A stretch of DNA of 64,000 nt, taken from NCBI GenBank assembly GCA_965197475.1, contig CBDANF010000003.1:1760001-1824000 (forward strand), given 5' to 3'. The notes under the pieces are model-generated. The model was not told the DNA's origin, did not search any database, and saw only the letters and a program-made list of their open reading frames with translations. The stretch's first letter is position 1; each line of letters opens with the position of its first letter. Below are positions 18,294 to 27,225 of this stretch, one piece after another. Made by a program: the position numbers and the translations under genes. This DNA is from Candidatus Poribacteria bacterium. Its GTDB lineage: Bacteria > Poribacteria > WGA-4E > WGA-3G.

Positions 18294-18448
18294 AGGAAAT
18301 TATATATCCTTCCAGTGAAAATGAGAAAATGGAAATTTCAGCATGAGAAGAACTACTCCAAATTCAGAGCCATTCGATTGTGGGCAAACGTTCTTGTAGG
18401 AGGGTTTGTAAATCCCATTTCAAACCATAGCAGTGATTGAGCCTTCAG

Positions 18449-18473
18449 ACCTAACCTAACCTAACCTAACCTA
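18449..18473. repeat. (ACCTA)5 microsatellite
   Basis: ACCTAACCTAACCTAACCTAACCTA. Confidence 0.8.
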
Positions 18474-18942
18474 CGCTCAGTTAAAACTAAGTACTACAAC
18501 TAATGGAGTCTTGTATAAACAGGGTGAGGTAGGAAACCACACCCTGTGAACCAATAACTTACATGCTAAATTCACGCCCATTGGTTTCGTGATGCTCTAT
18601 TCAACTCACGTGCAATCATGATGAAACATAAATATGCAATCCTTTTTGTTAGGCGAGTCTTATAAGAACGCGAATTGGCGGTATATCATTAATTGCAAAA
18701 TCTTTACATAATTGGAAAATTATGTAAAGATTTATCCGAAAAAGTGCTTGAATTTGCGAATTTTATTAATTTTTTTACAACTAACGTTCGGTTTTGACTC
18801 GAAACCGACTATAATATAAGAGGGTATTAATTATCGTTCGCAAATTGTTTTTATTATAATGTGAGTTCTATAAATGTCGTAAGTTGGGTGAACAATGCGA
18901 AACCAATCTACGATTACACTTGAATACTATTATTGATCTCAC

Positions 18943-19416
18943 GTGAATTATAAATATGTAAGGAGAAAATTAATGATAAGAAACGATCTGGACAAAAAGC
19001 CTAATATGTTTGAAGGTGATACGTGGACTCAAGTACAATCGCGCGGTGCACTCCCGATCCTTATTAAGTACGCAGAGGCACACAAAACTCTCAATTTCAA
19101 AGAATTAGCAAACGCCCTTGGTCTTGAAAGTTATATCTACGCGCTTAATATGATACCTGTGTGTCAGTGTATACGGACAACACTTTATGAGTTAGAATCA
19201 AGCAAAGAATGGCAGCATGACGCAATACCGAATATTACGAGTATTATCATTAAGTCAACGGGTGAACCCGCGTCATTTATTACTGATGAACTCAGAAAGG
19301 TTTTGAAAAGAGAACCGACGGAAGAGGACTATCAGGAAGAATATAAAGCAAGTTTCCATTACAAAAAGTGGGATGCTGTTCTTGACGCATTGGGACTTCA
19401 GACATTTTTTCAATAA
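18943..19416 (+). CDS. Hypothetical protein (likely start ATG 18973)
   Basis: ORF with an AGGAG RBS before MIRND, in an AT-rich region. Confidence 0.6.
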   Translation: MNYKYVRRKLMIRNDLDKKPNMFEGDTWTQVQSRGALPILIKYAEAHKTLNFKELANALGLESYIYALNMIPVCQCIRTTLYELESSKEWQHDAIPNITSIIIKSTGEPASFITDELRKVLKREPTEEDYQEEYKASFHYKKWDAVLDALGLQTFFQ

Positions 19417-19421
19417 TTATA

Positions 19422-19450
19422 TTGACAATTCAAATATGTTATAGTAAAAT
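19422..19450 (+). promoter_or_regulatory. Sigma70-type promoter
   Basis: TTGACA-N17-TAAAAT, followed by the palindrome GATGACTCA-TTG-TGAGTCATC (19462-19482). Confidence 0.5.
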
Positions 19451-19737
19451 AATAATGTATTGATGACTCATTGTGAGTCATCTAACGATTTTTCACAATG
19501 AGTCATTTAATGTTTAGACAAGGTCATCATTGACAGTGCTAACCTTGTCAAACCGAAGAATAGTTTGCTATCCCTCGTCATTTTAATAATATCATGTTTT
19601 TAAACGATTGTCAATACTATATTAATATTGACGGATTAAAATTAAATATGATATATTTCTTTGCTCAAGGGGTGGCAGCTATTCCTCATATCTATAAGAT
19701 AGATATAATATCTGTCTTATAATTGGAGGAATATAAA

Positions 19738-20454
19738 ATGAGAAGGATTAGATTTATAGGTTCCCGAACTATAAACTGTATTTTGATTTTCACATTATTT
19801 TTAATGATTGTATCCTGCAACCGAGATAATCCAGATAGTATAGTTGGTAATTCTGAATTGGATTTACAGAGTAAAGACATAGAATTAGAAACTATACCTT
19901 ATTCTGATATAGACTTACCAGAAATAAATATAGACGGAAAATTAATTGATCCTAAATATGATCCAGACGGAAATATAATTAATGAAAAATATTATCCGAA
20001 AGGAAAATTAATTTCGCCATATGGGAAATACGAATTAAGTTCTGGTAAATATAAAATGAAGGTAAGCGAAGCGTTAATATGTCCTGCTGATGACAAATAT
20101 ATTTATTTTCACAGCAGAATACGTGCTAATAAATGGAGGAATGAGTTTTGGATAGACACTAACCCACGTGAGAACGGACCTCATCCTTTTCCTTATTCTC
20201 GTTTTGAAGACGGACCTTATTATGAAGATCCTTGTAAAGTTCGTATTTATTTAGATCCGTCGATTGATAGTAATGTGGTAAAATATACTACATTTGGAAC
20301 ACTTCTAACAGAGTATAATTTTAAAGTGATTATAGAAATAATCGGAGAGGGTGAGTTAGATAATCCTTGTATGACTATTGATAATCCAAATACAGATAGA
20401 TCGCATACAATAGCCGGTTCATATATAGGGCGTCTAATAAGTATATTTGAATAA
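19738..20454 (+). CDS. AT-rich putative lipoprotein
   Basis: GGAGG RBS before MRRIRF, then a hydrophobic stretch ending in the lipobox-like IVSC. Much more AT-rich than the flanks. Confidence 0.7.
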   Translation: MRRIRFIGSRTINCILIFTLFLMIVSCNRDNPDSIVGNSELDLQSKDIELETIPYSDIDLPEINIDGKLIDPKYDPDGNIINEKYYPKGKLISPYGKYELSSGKYKMKVSEALICPADDKYIYFHSRIRANKWRNEFWIDTNPRENGPHPFPYSRFEDGPYYEDPCKVRIYLDPSIDSNVVKYTTFGTLLTEYNFKVIIEIIGEGELDNPCMTIDNPNTDRSHTIAGSYIGRLISIFE

Positions 20455-20573
20455 ATAGAGTAATATTTTTAGCATAATAAAATTGCATTAATTGCTTGCA
20501 ATTTTGTTATGCTAAAATTTCAAATTGCGAAATTATCAGAAAAATGCAAAATCCCAAAACTACTTATTGCGAA

Positions 20574-20726
20574 ATGAAAAGTAAAGAAGCACTTGGTGAA
20601 AGTTTAATTGCAGCAGCAAAACGTGACGATATGGCGCAAGTTCGTGAACTTGTGAATAACGGAGCTGATCCCAACTACAGCTGGATTCCCCCGTTCATGT
20701 GGGCATATTTTGGAGGGAACGTATGA
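20574..20726 (+). CDS. Short ankyrin-repeat fragment
   Basis: LIAAAKRDDMAQVRELVNNGADPN. Its stop overlaps the next ATG (ATGA). Confidence 0.5.
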   Translation: MKSKEALGESLIAAAKRDDMAQVRELVNNGADPNYSWIPPFMWAYFGGNV

Positions 20727-21199
20727 CAAAGAACACCGATGAACTGACCAACGATGAAATCGCACAGAAACTGATGGAACTCCATACTATTCTCATTGTC
20801 GCTGACTACCCGGAAGACCACGCGGCGCGCTACCCTCGTTTAGCGTATACAATTTCTCGCATGGAGGAATCTGTGGCGGAACTGGCATCTCGAGGAAAGT
20901 TACAAGAGGCGGTGCCGGGTGTTGGAGATATAGTCTCAACCATCATCACTGAATATGTTGAAACTGGAACGTGCTCGAAATTACAAGAGTACGCAAGTGA
21001 TGTCCCGCAGACAATTACTGAACTCATACCTATCCCCGGGCTCGGTCCTAAAACAATTAAACTTCTGTATCAGGAGGTAGGAATTGACAGTCTCCTATCA
21101 CTTCAAACAGCAATTGATGAAGGTAAGCTAAAAGGGATCAAAGGTATCGGTAAGAAGACGATAGAAAAATTTGAGGAATACCTTGATGAAAATTTGTAA
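20723..21199 (+). CDS. Stand-alone PolX N-terminal HhH protein (copy 2)
   Basis: Paralog of 17569 (DYPEDHAARYPRLA is identical). GGAGG RBS before ATG 20723. Confidence 0.8.
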   Translation: MTKNTDELTNDEIAQKLMELHTILIVADYPEDHAARYPRLAYTISRMEESVAELASRGKLQEAVPGVGDIVSTIITEYVETGTCSKLQEYASDVPQTITELIPIPGLGPKTIKLLYQEVGIDSLLSLQTAIDEGKLKGIKGIGKKTIEKFEEYLDENL

Positions 21200-21253
21200 T
21201 AGGTATTCCTAAGAAAACGGGCAAACATTTCTACTCTGCACAAGAGGTGAATT

Positions 21254-21717
21254 ATGGCAAATACACGAGATACTGGTGAAATGGTTGATGATAAAAAGCA
21301 TGGGTATTGGATCACCTATTACGCGAGTGGATTAAAGCGTAGCGAAGGAAACTTCGTCCATGGTAAAAAGGATGGGAAATGGATTCTATACCACAAGAAT
21401 GGGAACATTTCCAGCGTAGCCTACTTTCGTGATGATAAGTACGAAGGCGAGTATATATGCTATCATGAGAATGGAAATCGCAAATGGGGTGGTCCCTACA
21501 AAAAACATGATGGCAGCTCCTCCGATGGTAGAAAAGAAGGTGTCTGGCTTTGTTGGGAGGAAGATGGCGAGAATGTCTGGCGGATCATCACGTATAAAAA
21601 AGGTGGTGCCGCGCAAAACCGGATGAACATCCGTTCGGTGAATGCCACGGTTGCGGCGAAGGCAGACGTTCTACCTGGGGCGATAATTGCCCACGATGCG
21701 GCACAGAACTTGATTAA
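21254..21717 (+). CDS. MORN-variant (YwqK-like) repeat protein with probable C-terminal zinc ribbon (frameshift near 21609)
   Basis: GKKDGKWILYHKNG-type repeats. A shifted frame gives RAKPDEHPFGECHGCGEGRRSTWGDNCPRCGTELD* ending at 21717. Confidence 0.7.
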
Positions 21718-21757
21718 CACTAACAATTTGTAAACCCGATATTATCAGATTCCTTTT

Positions 21758-21880
21758 GTCTGAACCAAGATTTTCGAATCAACACCGAATGCGCGTGTAG
21801 CATTCAACGGGATTAGTCTTATCCTGTGCAATGCCAGCAAATCTTGGAAATATATAAATCTTGTTAATCCTGGCTCAGAC
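21758..21880. repeat. Small element with imperfect TIRs
   Basis: GTCTGAACCAAGATT...AATCCTGGCTCAGAC. The left end recurs at 52156 (GTCTGAACCAGGATTTTC). Confidence 0.5.
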
Positions 21881-22037
21881 TATCCTTCAATCCTCCGTTC
21901 TTCTATCCTTCCATCCGCAGCACATTTCCAATGTCTAACACCTCCCCCCACATCCAATAATTGGCAAAAGCAAGCCGATTCTTTCCCCGAAAATTGATAA
22001 ATGAAAGCCGAATGTTACAGAGAAACGCTATCTATAT

Positions 22038-22066
22038 TTGACAAAAATCAGTCAAAAGCGTATAAT
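22038..22066 (+). promoter_or_regulatory. Consensus sigma70 promoter
   Basis: TTGACA-N17-TATAAT upstream of the sulfurtransferase gene. Confidence 0.75.
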
Positions 22067-22173
22067 ATAAATAGAATTTAGCATGAAGACATAAATTCGA
22101 AATTTAGCCGCGTATGGCATAAATTTCTTTTAAAATTCCCGGATAGGTACCGGTAACAGGAGGCAAGATAAAT

Positions 22174-23022
22174 ATGGCTGATTACGCAAATCCTGATGTT
22201 TTGGTAAGTACGGAGTGGGTTGCCGAACACGGCAGTGATGCTGGCATCCGCCTACTTGAAGTTGATGTTGACACCTCAGCTTATGCAGAAGGGCATATCG
22301 CTGGGGCAGTCGGTTTAAATTGGCAGACACAGTTGTGCGACCAAGTGCGACGTGATATCCTCACGAAAGATCAATTTGAGGCACTCTGCAACGACAGCGG
22401 CATCGCTAACGATACCACTGTTATTTTTTATGGTGATAATAACAATTGGTTCGCCACGTACGCATTGTGGCAATTCCGCTACTACGGACACGATGAGAGT
22501 CTTCTCAAAGTTATGAACGGTGGTCGTCAAAAATGGATCTATGAAGGTAGAGAACTCGTCAAAGATGTTCCTTCTTATTCTGCGACTGGATATCAGGCGA
22601 AATTCCCCGATGACAACGTCCGCGCAGCAAAAGACAACATTTTACCCACACTGGAGCAAGGTGTTATTAATCTCGTTGATGTCCGTTCACCTGCAGAGTT
22701 TTCGGGTGAAGTGATCGCACCGCCAGGCATGAACGAAACTGCACAACGGGGTGGACATATCCCAGGAGCAGCGAATATCCCGTGGGCAACTGCGGTGGCA
22801 GAAGACGGCACTTTCAAATCTCATGACGAATTGGAATCCATCTACGGTGGTGCAGGCGTTGATGCCAATAAAGAGACCATCGCTTACTGCCGAATTGGTG
22901 AACGCTCATCGCACACGTGGTTTGCGTTGAAGTATCTACTCGGTTATGAGAAGGTGCGCAACTATGATGGCAGTTGGACAGAATGGGGCAATCTGGTCGG
23001 TGCACCCATTGCACGTGATTAA
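22174..23022 (+). CDS. Tandem-domain rhodanese / thiosulfate sulfurtransferase
   Basis: GHIAGAV, GHIPGA, active-site YCRIGERS and the YDGSWTEWG signature. Confidence 0.92.
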   Translation: MADYANPDVLVSTEWVAEHGSDAGIRLLEVDVDTSAYAEGHIAGAVGLNWQTQLCDQVRRDILTKDQFEALCNDSGIANDTTVIFYGDNNNWFATYALWQFRYYGHDESLLKVMNGGRQKWIYEGRELVKDVPSYSATGYQAKFPDDNVRAAKDNILPTLEQGVINLVDVRSPAEFSGEVIAPPGMNETAQRGGHIPGAANIPWATAVAEDGTFKSHDELESIYGGAGVDANKETIAYCRIGERSSHTWFALKYLLGYEKVRNYDGSWTEWGNLVGAPIARD

Positions 23023-23085
23023 ACATGAAAATGGGGCGATATGGAAGTCGCCCCAAATTCCTTGCAATATGCGAAAGATCGAATT

Positions 23086-23373
23086 ATGAGATTTGTTTCT
23101 GCTCATGCGATTGCCTGTATGACACGACAAGATGTGGCACGATTGCTCAAGCGATTTCAAGAAGAAGCAAGCGACGATGTCAGCAACATCCGTATTCTAT
23201 GCGATACGTTATCGGGTAGGATGGTTTGTGAATGGGAGGCACTCGACCGCTTAACACTTATTGAGTGGTTGAAAAAGTGCAACGTGCAGTTGCGTAGCAC
23301 AGGTGAATGGGTCATGGCGGTTCAATACGAATCGGTTGATGGTGAACTCAAAGTAGTGACACAAACACATTAG
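23086..23373 (+). CDS. Small DUF4242/SCO4226-like protein
   Basis: MRFVSAH...GRMVCEWEA.D pattern. Family assignment is from memory. Confidence 0.5.
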   Translation: MRFVSAHAIACMTRQDVARLLKRFQEEASDDVSNIRILCDTLSGRMVCEWEALDRLTLIEWLKKCNVQLRSTGEWVMAVQYESVDGELKVVTQTH

Positions 23374-24243
23374 GTGTTTTCTGATAAAGCACCGCATTTC
23401 GAAAAACCGATGTACTACCTAACACGGCAGACAGCCTTTGAGGCATCTCATTACAATCGGATTCCCGAATTGAGCAATGCTGAGAACTTTGAACTGTTCG
23501 GTGCCGCAGCGAATCCAAATAGCCACGGACACAACTACGTGCTTGAAGTGATGGTCAAAGGGGACGTAGATGCCAATGACGGGATGGTCATCAATTTAAC
23601 GACTTTAGATGCGTTGTTGAAAACGGAAGTGCTTGCGAATTATGACCATAAGCACTTGAATAGACAACACCCAGTTTTTGCGAAGAACCCGCACCTACAG
23701 CCGACCTGTGAAAACATCACGATTGAAATTTGGCAACGGCTTGTTCCTTCTCTTCCAAATGGACTATTGCATCGGGTTCGACTTTATGAAAATTCAAAGC
23801 GTTTTGCTGACTATTACGGAGACGGTTTGATGGTTTATCTCACGAAAGTCTATGAGTTCAGTGCAGCGCATCGCTTACATAGCCACGCGCTTAGTGATGA
23901 GGAAAATCGAGACATCTTCGGGAAATGTAACAATCCTGCTGGGCATGGACATAACTACATCCTTGAAGTCACCGTAAAGGGTGACGTAGAGGCAAAAACT
24001 GGACTGGTTGCAGGTTTAAATCTGCTTGACGAAGTGGTTGAGAAACAGATTTATACGCGTTTTGATTACAAACATCTAAATCTTGATACGCCGGAATTTG
24101 AAACCCTCAATCCGACATCTGAAAACTTTGTGAAAGTGCTTTGGGATGTTTTGGAACCGAATTTACGACCGGTGGTTTTACACCGTCTTCGTTTGCGAGA
24201 AACACCCAAAAATCATTTCGATTACTATGGAGAACTCTCTTAA
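23374..24243 (+). CDS. Tandem-domain 6-pyruvoyl-tetrahydropterin synthase (PTPS/QueD family)
   Basis: Two domains: FEASH...NPNSHGHNY and FSAAH...CNNPAGHGHNY, each followed by DHKHLN/DYKHLN and PT.EN. Confidence 0.9.
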   Translation: MFSDKAPHFEKPMYYLTRQTAFEASHYNRIPELSNAENFELFGAAANPNSHGHNYVLEVMVKGDVDANDGMVINLTTLDALLKTEVLANYDHKHLNRQHPVFAKNPHLQPTCENITIEIWQRLVPSLPNGLLHRVRLYENSKRFADYYGDGLMVYLTKVYEFSAAHRLHSHALSDEENRDIFGKCNNPAGHGHNYILEVTVKGDVEAKTGLVAGLNLLDEVVEKQIYTRFDYKHLNLDTPEFETLNPTSENFVKVLWDVLEPNLRPVVLHRLRLRETPKNHFDYYGELS

Positions 24244-24246
24244 TTT

Positions 24247-24855
24247 ATGAACGTTGAACAGGAAAGTGAAGCTGATCACAAGCATGAATTGCAAGATCAG
24301 ACAGCGAATTTAGAATCTCTTTATACACAGATTCTCGAAAATATGGGGGAAGACCCAAGCCGTCAAGGTTTGATGAGAACACCACTTCGCGCCGCTAAAG
24401 CATTAGAGTTTTTGACGAGTGGTTACCATCAGGATATTGATAGGATATTAAATAAAGCTCTCTTTGACGAAGATAACGACGACATGGTCATTGTCAAAGA
24501 TATTGAATTTTATAGTCTCTGTGAGCATCACATTCTACCGTTTTGGGGCAAGTGCCATGTCGGTTATCTTCCACAAAAACGGATTATCGGTCTAAGCAAA
24601 ATTCCGAGAATTGTGGACATGTTTGCACGGCGTTTGCAGGTTCAGGAACGCTTAACACGCGAAATTGCCGAAGTACTGCAAGCAGCTTTGGACCCGACAG
24701 GCATTGGGGTCGTAATGGAGGCCCAACACATGTGCATGATGGCGCGTGGCGTAGAAAAGCAAGCCTCAAAGATGACAACAAATGCTATGCGTGGCACATT
24801 TCGGGAAGATAGTTCAACGCGTGCTGAGTTTCTTAGATGTATCCAGGTTTCCTAA
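24247..24855 (+). CDS. folE: GTP cyclohydrolase I
   Basis: SLCEHHILPF, GLSKIPR, RRLQVQERLT and HMCMMARG. Confidence 0.95.
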   Translation: MNVEQESEADHKHELQDQTANLESLYTQILENMGEDPSRQGLMRTPLRAAKALEFLTSGYHQDIDRILNKALFDEDNDDMVIVKDIEFYSLCEHHILPFWGKCHVGYLPQKRIIGLSKIPRIVDMFARRLQVQERLTREIAEVLQAALDPTGIGVVMEAQHMCMMARGVEKQASKMTTNAMRGTFREDSSTRAEFLRCIQVS

Positions 24856-24919
24856 AAGTAACCCAAGTTGCTACTAACAAGTTTTCGACGTTTCAAGGGT
24901 TTTTACAGATTCTTCTCCA

Positions 24920-25075
24920 CCCCGTAGGGGTGATGTGTCTATAGAAAACGGCATATTTAAGCAACTGCACCCTGTAGGGGTGCTATGTCTATAGATAGGT
25001 GGCAACTTGGGTTAAAAGTAGTTGCACACACCATGTGCCGTAATAAAAGTAGTAGGCACACACCGTGTGCCGTAC
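24920..25075. repeat. REP-like repeats
   Basis: Two copies of CCC(C/T)GTAGGGGTG..TGTCTATAGA, plus the GTAGGCACACACCGTGTGCC hairpin. Confidence 0.55.
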
Positions 25076-25094
25076 ACCTATTTCTATATAAAAC

Positions 25095-25850
25095 ATGCCA
25101 ATGCCAAACAGTATCAACGATCTACAGACGAATAATCTCAAAGGAAAAGTTGCCGTTGTCACCGGTGCATCAAAAGGAATCGGTAAAGCAATAGCCGTTG
25201 CCTTGGTGGATGCAGGCGCAAAGGTAGTCTTGGCTGCGCGCACGCGTCAGACTGTGGAACAGGTCGCAGCGGACCTAAGAGAAGCAGGAGCCGACGCGCT
25301 TGCTGTCCCGTCTGATGTCACAGATGTTGACGCTGTGCAAAACCTCATCCAACGGACATTGGATACCTATCAGAATCTGGATATTTTGATAAACAGTGCG
25401 GGAAACGGTATATTTGGAACCGTTGCCGATTTCGACCCGTCAGATTGGGATAGCGTCATCAATTCCAATTTGAAAGGGGTCTACCTCTGTGCCAAATACG
25501 CACTTCCGCACCTATTAGCACAAGAAGGTGGAGGACAAATTATTAACGTGCTTTCTATTGCGGCGAAGGTTGCTTTTCCCGCTTCCGGTGCATATTGTGC
25601 AGCAAAAGCAGGGGCACTTGCCCTAACAAAAGTATTGGCTGCTGAAGTGCGAGACCAAAACATTCGGGTGACAGCAGTCCTACCCGGTTCCGTTGAGACA
25701 CCGTTTTGGAATGATATTCCACAGCATCCCGATTTTGAAAAGATGCTTAAACCTGAACATGTTGCAAACGCGGTTCTATCCGTATGCCAACAACCGATTG
25801 GAATGGTTACCGAAGAAATTGTTGTGATGCCACCGCTTGGGATTCTGTAA
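25095..25850 (+). CDS. Short-chain dehydrogenase/reductase
   Basis: TGASKGIG, NSAG and the YCAAK catalytic motif. Confidence 0.9.
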   Translation: MPMPNSINDLQTNNLKGKVAVVTGASKGIGKAIAVALVDAGAKVVLAARTRQTVEQVAADLREAGADALAVPSDVTDVDAVQNLIQRTLDTYQNLDILINSAGNGIFGTVADFDPSDWDSVINSNLKGVYLCAKYALPHLLAQEGGGQIINVLSIAAKVAFPASGAYCAAKAGALALTKVLAAEVRDQNIRVTAVLPGSVETPFWNDIPQHPDFEKMLKPEHVANAVLSVCQQPIGMVTEEIVVMPPLGIL

Positions 25851-25878
25851 GAAAGGGTTGTATCTGTCCACATAACGG

Positions 25879-27210
25879 TTAGGTATTGAATCTGCCGAGT
25901 CGCCGCCGAATACGAATTTTTCGGATGCCGCGTGTATCAGCATCTAAAATAGTGATGACTGCATCTCCGAGTTCTAATTCTGTACCAGTTTCTGGAATAG
26001 TACCAGTGCGTTCAAGAATATAGCCAGCGACATTTTCATAATCCCCTTGCGGAATTGAAAGCCCAAAATGTTCTTCCAATATACGAACTTCGGTTCTACC
26101 GTCACATTCAAGAATGTCAGGAGCAATTAAACGGATGAAATCCGTGTCATCACGCTCATCAGCAAATTCACCAACAATTTCTTCAATAAGGTCTTCAACG
26201 GTCACGAGACCAACAACACCTCTGTATTCATCAACAGCGAATACCATCGTATGTTGTGTATTCTGAATCTCTTTGAGGAGTGCGTTAATATTTTTTGATT
26301 CAGGAACAAAGTGCAAGTTTGTCCGGATAAACGGTTCGACCGTTTCAGGTCGGTTTTCTGCATAGATAACGTCTAAAAGGTTGACAATTCCAATAATGTT
26401 GTAAATGCGCTCATTGTAAACTGGAATCCGAGAATAGCCTGAATCAGCGGCAATTTGTAAAAAATCTTCACATGTAGTTGTTTTTTGAATTGCAACGATA
26501 TCAACAAGCGGCACCATAACCTGTGTCACGGTGCGGTTTTGGAAGTTGAGTAGACGGTGAATCATCCGCCGCTGTTCTGTCAGAAGGTTACCTGATCTTT
26601 CACCCATAGTTGCGAGTAATCGCAACTCTTCATGTTGCGCATCAAGACTGGGTGGAGTTGCCCCTCTATCTATGAGTCTGATAAGAAATTTTGTCACAGA
26701 TTGCACAAAATAAATAAGCGGGGCTAAGACAAATTCAGATAACCGCAAGATATAAGCATAACGCAGGGCAAGGATATCTGCCTTAACACGGAAAATTGTT
26801 TTCGGCAAGATTTCACCGAAAATGAGTAGCAAGACGGTTATATATATAATAGTGATTGCCCCTCGTAGCTCATCTGTAAAGTTTGGCAATAATTTTTCAG
26901 TCAATTGGACTCCAAATAGTGAAATCAAGACATTGGCGAGATTCGTTCCTACCAAGGTGAGTGCGAGCATCCTATCGGGGGATTCAACTAAACGGTGAAT
27001 AATTTTTGCCTTTGAATCCTGAGATTCAACAAGTTGGTTAATTCGGATTTTGTTGACTGAGACGAGGGCAGTTTCTGAACCGGAGTAGAAGGCGGAGAGG
27101 ATAAGGCAGACAAGGACCGCAAATACAAATGAACCGATCAGTATAGGTATCGCAAGACTTGTTCCGCTTCCAGCACCGATTAAAATGAGGGATAATAGAA
27201 GGAGTTTCAA
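25879..27210 (-). CDS. CNNM(DUF21)-CBS-CorC transporter / hemolysin-family protein
   Basis: SAFYSGSETAL, FGEILPK, SRIPVY and DEYRGVVGLVTVEDLIEEIVG. Confidence 0.9.
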   Translation of the reverse strand: MKLLLLSLILIGAGSGTSLAIPILIGSFVFAVLVCLILSAFYSGSETALVSVNKIRINQLVESQDSKAKIIHRLVESPDRMLALTLVGTNLANVLISLFGVQLTEKLLPNFTDELRGAITIIYITVLLLIFGEILPKTIFRVKADILALRYAYILRLSEFVLAPLIYFVQSVTKFLIRLIDRGATPPSLDAQHEELRLLATMGERSGNLLTEQRRMIHRLLNFQNRTVTQVMVPLVDIVAIQKTTTCEDFLQIAADSGYSRIPVYNERIYNIIGIVNLLDVIYAENRPETVEPFIRTNLHFVPESKNINALLKEIQNTQHTMVFAVDEYRGVVGLVTVEDLIEEIVGEFADERDDTDFIRLIAPDILECDGRTEVRILEEHFGLSIPQGDYENVAGYILERTGTIPETGTELELGDAVITILDADTRGIRKIRIRRRLGRFNT

Positions 27211-27225
27211 TAGTAACAGCCCCGG

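Noticed and set aside
18449-18473. (TTAGG)n-like telomeric repeat or eukaryotic contamination
   Set aside because: Only five units, embedded in a clearly bacterial context.
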